Shown here piece by piece: positions 59,517-64,000 of a stretch of 64,000 nucleotides of DNA; positions within the stretch are counted from its first letter, which is position 1; every line of letters starts with the position of its first letter. Under the pieces are notes generated by a model. The model did not search any database. It had not been told where the DNA came from and saw only the letters and a program-made list of their open reading frames with translations. Both the position numbers and the translations under genes were made by a program. The stretch spans positions 352,001-416,000 of the forward strand of contig CAVRCF010000002.1 of the NCBI GenBank assembly GCA_963719505.1, in the 5' to 3' direction. Origin of the DNA: Halobacteriovoraceae bacterium (GTDB lineage Bacteria; Bdellovibrionota; Bacteriovoracia; Bacteriovoracales; Bacteriovoracaceae).

Positions 59517-60445
59517 TGGGACATTTAAAAAAGGGTTGGTGGCACAATGATGACGTTGCCACAAGTGATGAATCAGGTGCATTTAAAAGAGAAGAAAGTA
59601 GCTTTAGAAATTCTATAGAAAGTGATGGAACGTTCAAGCCAGAAAAGGATCGCTATCACTTATACGTTAGTTACGCTTGTCCATGGGCTCAGAGGACTCT
59701 TATTGCCCGAAAAATTAAAGGACTTGAAAGTATTATCGGAGTAGGCGTCGTTCACCCAGAAATGTTGGAAAATAGCTGGACTTTCAAGGACGACTTTGAA
59801 GGTGCGACAGGGGATGACCTCTATGGTTTAAAGTATCTTTATGAACTTTACCAAAAAGCAGAAGAAAATGTGACAACAAAAGTTACTGTACCCGTATTAT
59901 GGGACAAGAAACTCAAAAAAATCGTAAATAACGAATCAAGTGAAATTATAAGAATCTTTAACTCTGGATTCGACTCTCTCGCCCAAGGTGATATAGATCT
60001 TTATCCGACTGATTATCAAAAAGAAATCGATGAAGTTAATGAGCTGGTCTACGAGAATATTAATAACGGAGTTTATAAAACCGGTTTTGCAAAAAATCAA
60101 AAAGCTTATGAGGAGTCGTTTAACTCATTATTCTCTGCACTCGATAAAATAGAAAGTCGCCTTGAAGGGGCTAATTATTTAGTGGGTGATAGACTTACTG
60201 AGGCTGATATCAGATTAGTAACAACACTTTTAAGGTTTGATATCGTCTACTTTGGTCATTTTAAATGTAATAAGAAAAGAATAACTGATTACAAAAATAT
60301 TTCAAGTTACACTCGAAGACTTTTTGAAATGAATGAGATTAAAGAGACGACAAACTTTGAACATATAAAGAGACATTACTACTATTCTCACGACTTTATA
60401 AACCCTTATAGAATCGTTCCTCTTGGGCCTGAGAAGTTAATATAA
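59516..60445 (+). CDS. Glutathionyl-hydroquinone reductase (YqjG/ECM4-like GST)
   Basis: YACPWA, TVPVLWD, NNESSEI and INNGVYK.GFA. Confidence 0.92.
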   Translation: MGHLKKGWWHNDDVATSDESGAFKREESSFRNSIESDGTFKPEKDRYHLYVSYACPWAQRTLIARKIKGLESIIGVGVVHPEMLENSWTFKDDFEGATGDDLYGLKYLYELYQKAEENVTTKVTVPVLWDKKLKKIVNNESSEIIRIFNSGFDSLAQGDIDLYPTDYQKEIDEVNELVYENINNGVYKTGFAKNQKAYEESFNSLFSALDKIESRLEGANYLVGDRLTEADIRLVTTLLRFDIVYFGHFKCNKKRITDYKNISSYTRRLFEMNEIKETTNFEHIKRHYYYSHDFINPYRIVPLGPEKLI

Positions 60446-60451
60446 TTATTA

Positions 60452-61819
60452 ATGATAAAAGCTGACAGAATAGAGACGATTCAAGAAAGAGAAATAAAAG
60501 ATGAAACTCAATATGTCTTGTACATTATGGATAAAGCTCAACGTATACGTGGGAATCAAGCTCTCGCTTTTGCCGTTGATTTAGCAAATAAAGAAGAGAA
60601 GAAACTTATTGTTGTTCATTTTGTAAATTTGGAAAAATCCAACGTCCTACGAGATCGATTTTACTTAGAAGGGTTAAAGGAAGTTTCAGATGCTCTAGAG
60701 GAAAAAGGTATTAAATTTTTGACTTTCAATCAAGAATACGGAAAGTTAGAGAAGAAAATCAAACGTCGCACCGGCGCTATCGTAACTGATAAAGGATACC
60801 TAAAAGAAGATGTCAAAAAAAGACAGAGACTTTATAAAAACTGTGAAGTAAGTCTTTTCGAAGTAGAGACGTCTCTTGTTGTACCGCCAAAAGTTGCAAC
60901 TGATAAAAGAGAATATGCAGCAAGAACGATTAGACCTAAATTAAAGAAAATATATCAGGGCCATCTCCATTTAGTAAAAATAAATAACGTTAATGCTAAA
61001 TCTCTAAACGCCCAAGTTTCTGGTGACTTCGATGTGAGCTTAAAAACCGACAATCTTTTGAAAAAGGTTGGTTACAAAAATGAAGAGGTAAAGAAAAAGC
61101 CCTTGTTCACAGGAGGATACACACAAGCCTCCAGCCAATTAACCAGTTTTATAAGAAGCTCTCTCGATTCCTACGCTCAGGAGAGGCAAAATGTTTTATC
61201 TGATGATGGACAAAGCTTTTTATCCGCCTACCTCGCTTTTGGACAGATATCTCCTATAGAGGTGATTTCTAAAGTTGAAAATGCTAGAGCCGCGAACCAT
61301 AAGGGAAGAAAAGCTTTTGTGGAGGAATTACTGACAAGAAGGGAGTTGGCTTTCAATTTTGTCTCTTTTGAATCGAACTACGACGATTTTAATTGCTTGC
61401 CAGATTGGTGCGTTAAAACATTGGACGAGCATAAAAGTGATAAGAGGGAGCCCAAGTACTCTAAAAATGAATTTGATAATGCACAGACTCATGATGACCT
61501 TTGGAATTATTGTATGATGAAAATCCAAAAGACAGGTTATCTGCACAATGCTCTTAGAATGTATTGGGGAAAAAAGGTCTTGGAATGGGGAAGCTCTCCT
61601 AGCTATTCATATAATATCTTAATCGAGCTTAATAATAAGTACTTTTTGGATGGAAATGATCCCAACTCCTATACAAATGTTCTCTGGTGCTTCGGTTTAC
61701 ACGATAGAGCTTGGGGAGAAAGAAAAATTTATGGTAAAGTTAGGTCGCATTCAAAAAAAAGCGCAATGAAAAAGATCGGAAAAGAAGAAGGTCTTGGAAA
61801 ACTTCAGGAGAATCTATAA
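60452..61819 (+). CDS. Class II CPD DNA photolyase
   Basis: LSAYL.FGQIS, RRELA.NF, RMYWGKK, DGNDPNSY and HDRAW.ER.IYG.VR. Confidence 0.88.
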   Translation: MIKADRIETIQEREIKDETQYVLYIMDKAQRIRGNQALAFAVDLANKEEKKLIVVHFVNLEKSNVLRDRFYLEGLKEVSDALEEKGIKFLTFNQEYGKLEKKIKRRTGAIVTDKGYLKEDVKKRQRLYKNCEVSLFEVETSLVVPPKVATDKREYAARTIRPKLKKIYQGHLHLVKINNVNAKSLNAQVSGDFDVSLKTDNLLKKVGYKNEEVKKKPLFTGGYTQASSQLTSFIRSSLDSYAQERQNVLSDDGQSFLSAYLAFGQISPIEVISKVENARAANHKGRKAFVEELLTRRELAFNFVSFESNYDDFNCLPDWCVKTLDEHKSDKREPKYSKNEFDNAQTHDDLWNYCMMKIQKTGYLHNALRMYWGKKVLEWGSSPSYSYNILIELNNKYFLDGNDPNSYTNVLWCFGLHDRAWGERKIYGKVRSHSKKSAMKKIGKEEGLGKLQENL

Positions 61820-62592
61820 TGAAAGTACTACTTTTAATAAGTCTTTTGTCAACGATGGCAGTGGCAAAAAGTAAAATTCAGTGGCTTGGTCAAGCAGCGA
61901 CTTTGATCACCACAAATGAGGGTAAAACAATATTGATTGATCCTTTTATCTATAACAACCCAAAAACGCCAAAAAAGTTTAAGGATGATAAGCTGTATAA
62001 AAACATTGATATTGTTCTCATCACGCACGGTCATGGAGATCATCTTGGAAGTTTCAAAAAAATAATCGAACTCTCTCCAAAAGCTAAAATTAGCATGAAT
62101 GCAGATCTTGCAAAAGTGATGATGGCAAAAAAACAGTTCGCAAGTGAACGATATATTCCTTTGAATAAATCAGGCAAAATGAATCCCTTCAATGATAAGA
62201 CTGAGATATCTATGGTCAGAGCTGAACACAGTTCAGCAGTTGAGCTGGACGGTGGAGTTCACTACGGAGGGGAGCCCGTGGGCTATATTGTTAAGTTTTC
62301 AAATGGAAAGACTTTCTATCATGCAGGTGACACGGGAGTCTTTGGTGATATGAAACTAATTGGAGAGTACTACGACGTAGATACAGCTTTTATTCCAATC
62401 GGTGGTAGTTATACTATGGGACCAAAAGAGGCAGCATTTGCTGTGGATAGTCTGATTAAGCCAAAGAGAGTTGTTCCTATTCACTATGGAACCTTTCCTG
62501 CTCTAAAGGGAACCCCTGAGCAATTTAAATCATTTTTAAAATCAAAAAAGAAACTCAAGGTCATTGAGCCTGGTGAAAGTGTGAGGTTGTAA
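61819..62592 (+). CDS. Exported metallo-beta-lactamase-fold hydrolase (UPF0173-like)
   Basis: Signal peptide, THGHGDH, YHAGDT, PIGG.YTMG and PIHYGTF. Confidence 0.85.
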   Translation: MKVLLLISLLSTMAVAKSKIQWLGQAATLITTNEGKTILIDPFIYNNPKTPKKFKDDKLYKNIDIVLITHGHGDHLGSFKKIIELSPKAKISMNADLAKVMMAKKQFASERYIPLNKSGKMNPFNDKTEISMVRAEHSSAVELDGGVHYGGEPVGYIVKFSNGKTFYHAGDTGVFGDMKLIGEYYDVDTAFIPIGGSYTMGPKEAAFAVDSLIKPKRVVPIHYGTFPALKGTPEQFKSFLKSKKKLKVIEPGESVRL

Positions 62593-62822
62593 TGAAAGAA
62601 GAACTACTAAGTGATCAAAAGAAAAAAGTCATTGATAAAATCATATCGGAGCTTAGTCAGTCAGACCCACAGCTTTACTACACTGATTCAAGTTCAGTTG
62701 CATCGATTGTCAAAGACTATATCGACGATAAAAAACTAGAGCGTGGGCATTACGAAATGGTCAAGGATATGAGTGCTCATGATATTCAAATGCTCATGAG
62801 CTTCAAATCAAACTGTTGCTAA
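62592..62822 (+). CDS. Small hypothetical protein ending in Cys-Cys
   Basis: RBS GAGG. Start overlaps the upstream stop. Confidence 0.6.
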   Translation: MKEELLSDQKKKVIDKIISELSQSDPQLYYTDSSSVASIVKDYIDDKKLERGHYEMVKDMSAHDIQMLMSFKSNCC

Positions 62823-64000
62823 ATTCTTTCTCTTAAAATAACGAGACCACTTTCGATTTGAAAATAGTCCCAATGATCTAGTTCGAAAGCTGTCTCAAAG
62901 TATGCGCTAGAATCGTCAAGCGAATAATCTTTGTAGGTATTTGCGATAGTTGTTTGACCTTGCCTAAAATATCTAAATCCTTCACTCTCAGTGAAGTAGA
63001 AAATGTCCAAAGCATCAGTTGATGTCCCACAGTTTGGCCTGGATGGGATACTAACTTTACAACTCGTTGTAAGTTTAGTTTTATCAAGATCAATGCGAAC
63101 ATTACTTGATACATCGAGCTGGAAATAATCTTGAACACCCTTTTCGTCAGCTTTTACCCAGCTTGAAAAGTATCCATCAAAGCTATACAGGCTGACATCT
63201 TCTTTTGGATTGAGATTATTTAAATCTACTCCATCAAACAAGAAGTAATTTGTTTTCGAATCTAAATAATCTTCAATTAAAATATTTCCTTGTGTCTCAT
63301 AAAGATCAAAGTAATTTGTAGATGTATAAACTTCTTCTAAAGAGCATCCATTGAGCTTATAAAGTGTTTGTCTTTCTCCTTGCTCGGATGATATTCCTAT
63401 ATAACCATTTGAAAGAATTTCATTGATATAGCTTACTTCCTCTACTTTTATTTTGCATGCTGTTGAGTTTGTAAAATTGAAGACGTTTAAATTCTCATTT
63501 TCATCAAGGTAGTAGAGACTATTACCTTTTCTCTTTGTCGTCACATACTGAGTTGATTCTATCTGGTGTATTTTTAGGACTCCGTTGTCAGTGTAGTATA
63601 CGTTATAAAATAAACCCGATCTGTTTGAAAAAACAGAGTCTTCGTTCTTGGTGATTATATATTGACCGACATCAAGATCACTTCCATAACTAGATGATTG
63701 CCCTAAGTTAACTGTCTGGTCGAACTTGAGAGCAGTAACATCGTAGATATTGATCTCCGATTCATATGTATCTGTTGATTGATCAGTCAGTGCTAAGTGG
63801 GTTGAGCCGATAGAATTTAAGTTCATTGAACCGTATTTCAACGTGAGCTGATCCATTACTCCGCCGTACTTATTCATTAGGATGATGGTTTTCTTGTCTT
63901 GAACGATCACAAAGCCCAAAAGCCGATTAACCAAAAGGATTTTCATCTGAGGAGCAAGTGTTACTCTTTTGTTTGTCGTCATATCCACAAAAGACCTTTC
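62819..64000 (-). CDS. Hypothetical beta-propeller-like protein (5' end outside the window)
   Basis: Frame is open to the window edge and rich in beta-strand-like repeats. Confidence 0.6.
   Translation of the reverse strand, partial: ERSFVDMTTNKRVTLAPQMKILLVNRLLGFVIVQDKKTIILMNKYGGVMDQLTLKYGSMNLNSIGSTHLALTDQSTDTYESEINIYDVTALKFDQTVNLGQSSSYGSDLDVGQYIITKNEDSVFSNRSGLFYNVYYTDNGVLKIHQIESTQYVTTKRKGNSLYYLDENENLNVFNFTNSTACKIKVEEVSYINEILSNGYIGISSEQGERQTLYKLNGCSLEEVYTSTNYFDLYETQGNILIEDYLDSKTNYFLFDGVDLNNLNPKEDVSLYSFDGYFSSWVKADEKGVQDYFQLDVSSNVRIDLDKTKLTTSCKVSIPSRPNCGTSTDALDIFYFTESEGFRYFRQGQTTIANTYKDYSLDDSSAYFETAFELDHWDYFQIESGLVILRERI

Noticed and set aside
1326-63138. Many short antisense or overlapping ORFs in the six-frame track (e.g. 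1326..1727, 16427..16978, 27903..28247, 58810..59178)
   Set aside because: They lie within well-supported genes and lack an RBS or recognisable motifs.
1-64000. tRNA or rRNA genes, prophage, anti-phage defence systems
   Set aside because: No cloverleaf or rRNA signatures, phage structural genes or recognisable defence domains were seen by eye. A tRNAscan/DefenseFinder run would be needed to exclude them fully.

Overview
AT-rich bacterial chromosome segment, most likely from a predatory Bacteriovoracaceae/Halobacteriovorax-like Bdellovibrionota. This is inferred from gene content (many signal-peptide hypotheticals and hydrolases), not from a database search. Housekeeping and accessory genes include a metal-uptake operon led by a CxxC/RGPP leader peptide, a DEAD-box helicase fused to Jag/KhpB-like domains, radD, a CheB-CheR hybrid kinase with an Hpt partner, an M23 peptidase and dsbB/dsbA. 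The window also holds a Crp/Fnr-controlled persulfide module, acnA, a peroxidase pair, an ECF sigma/NrsF pair, dapB-dapA-dapD and a nemA/yqjG/photolyase operon. Mobile DNA consists of two diverged IS1202-family (ISNCY) elements with long target duplications; the second has an IS66 nested in its left end. Main observations: (1) both IS1202 elements inserted at the same position of a palindromic TGTCTA-N5-TAGAC host motif, and their left ends rebuild a look-alike of that motif; (2) a tandemly duplicated 217-bp non-coding unit folds into a ~126-nt multi-hairpin closed by a 13-bp stem; (3) many genes have leaderless-type promoters. Several genes carry extra-base frameshifts that look like sequencing error. 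No rRNA, tRNA, CRISPR array or reverse transcriptase was seen.
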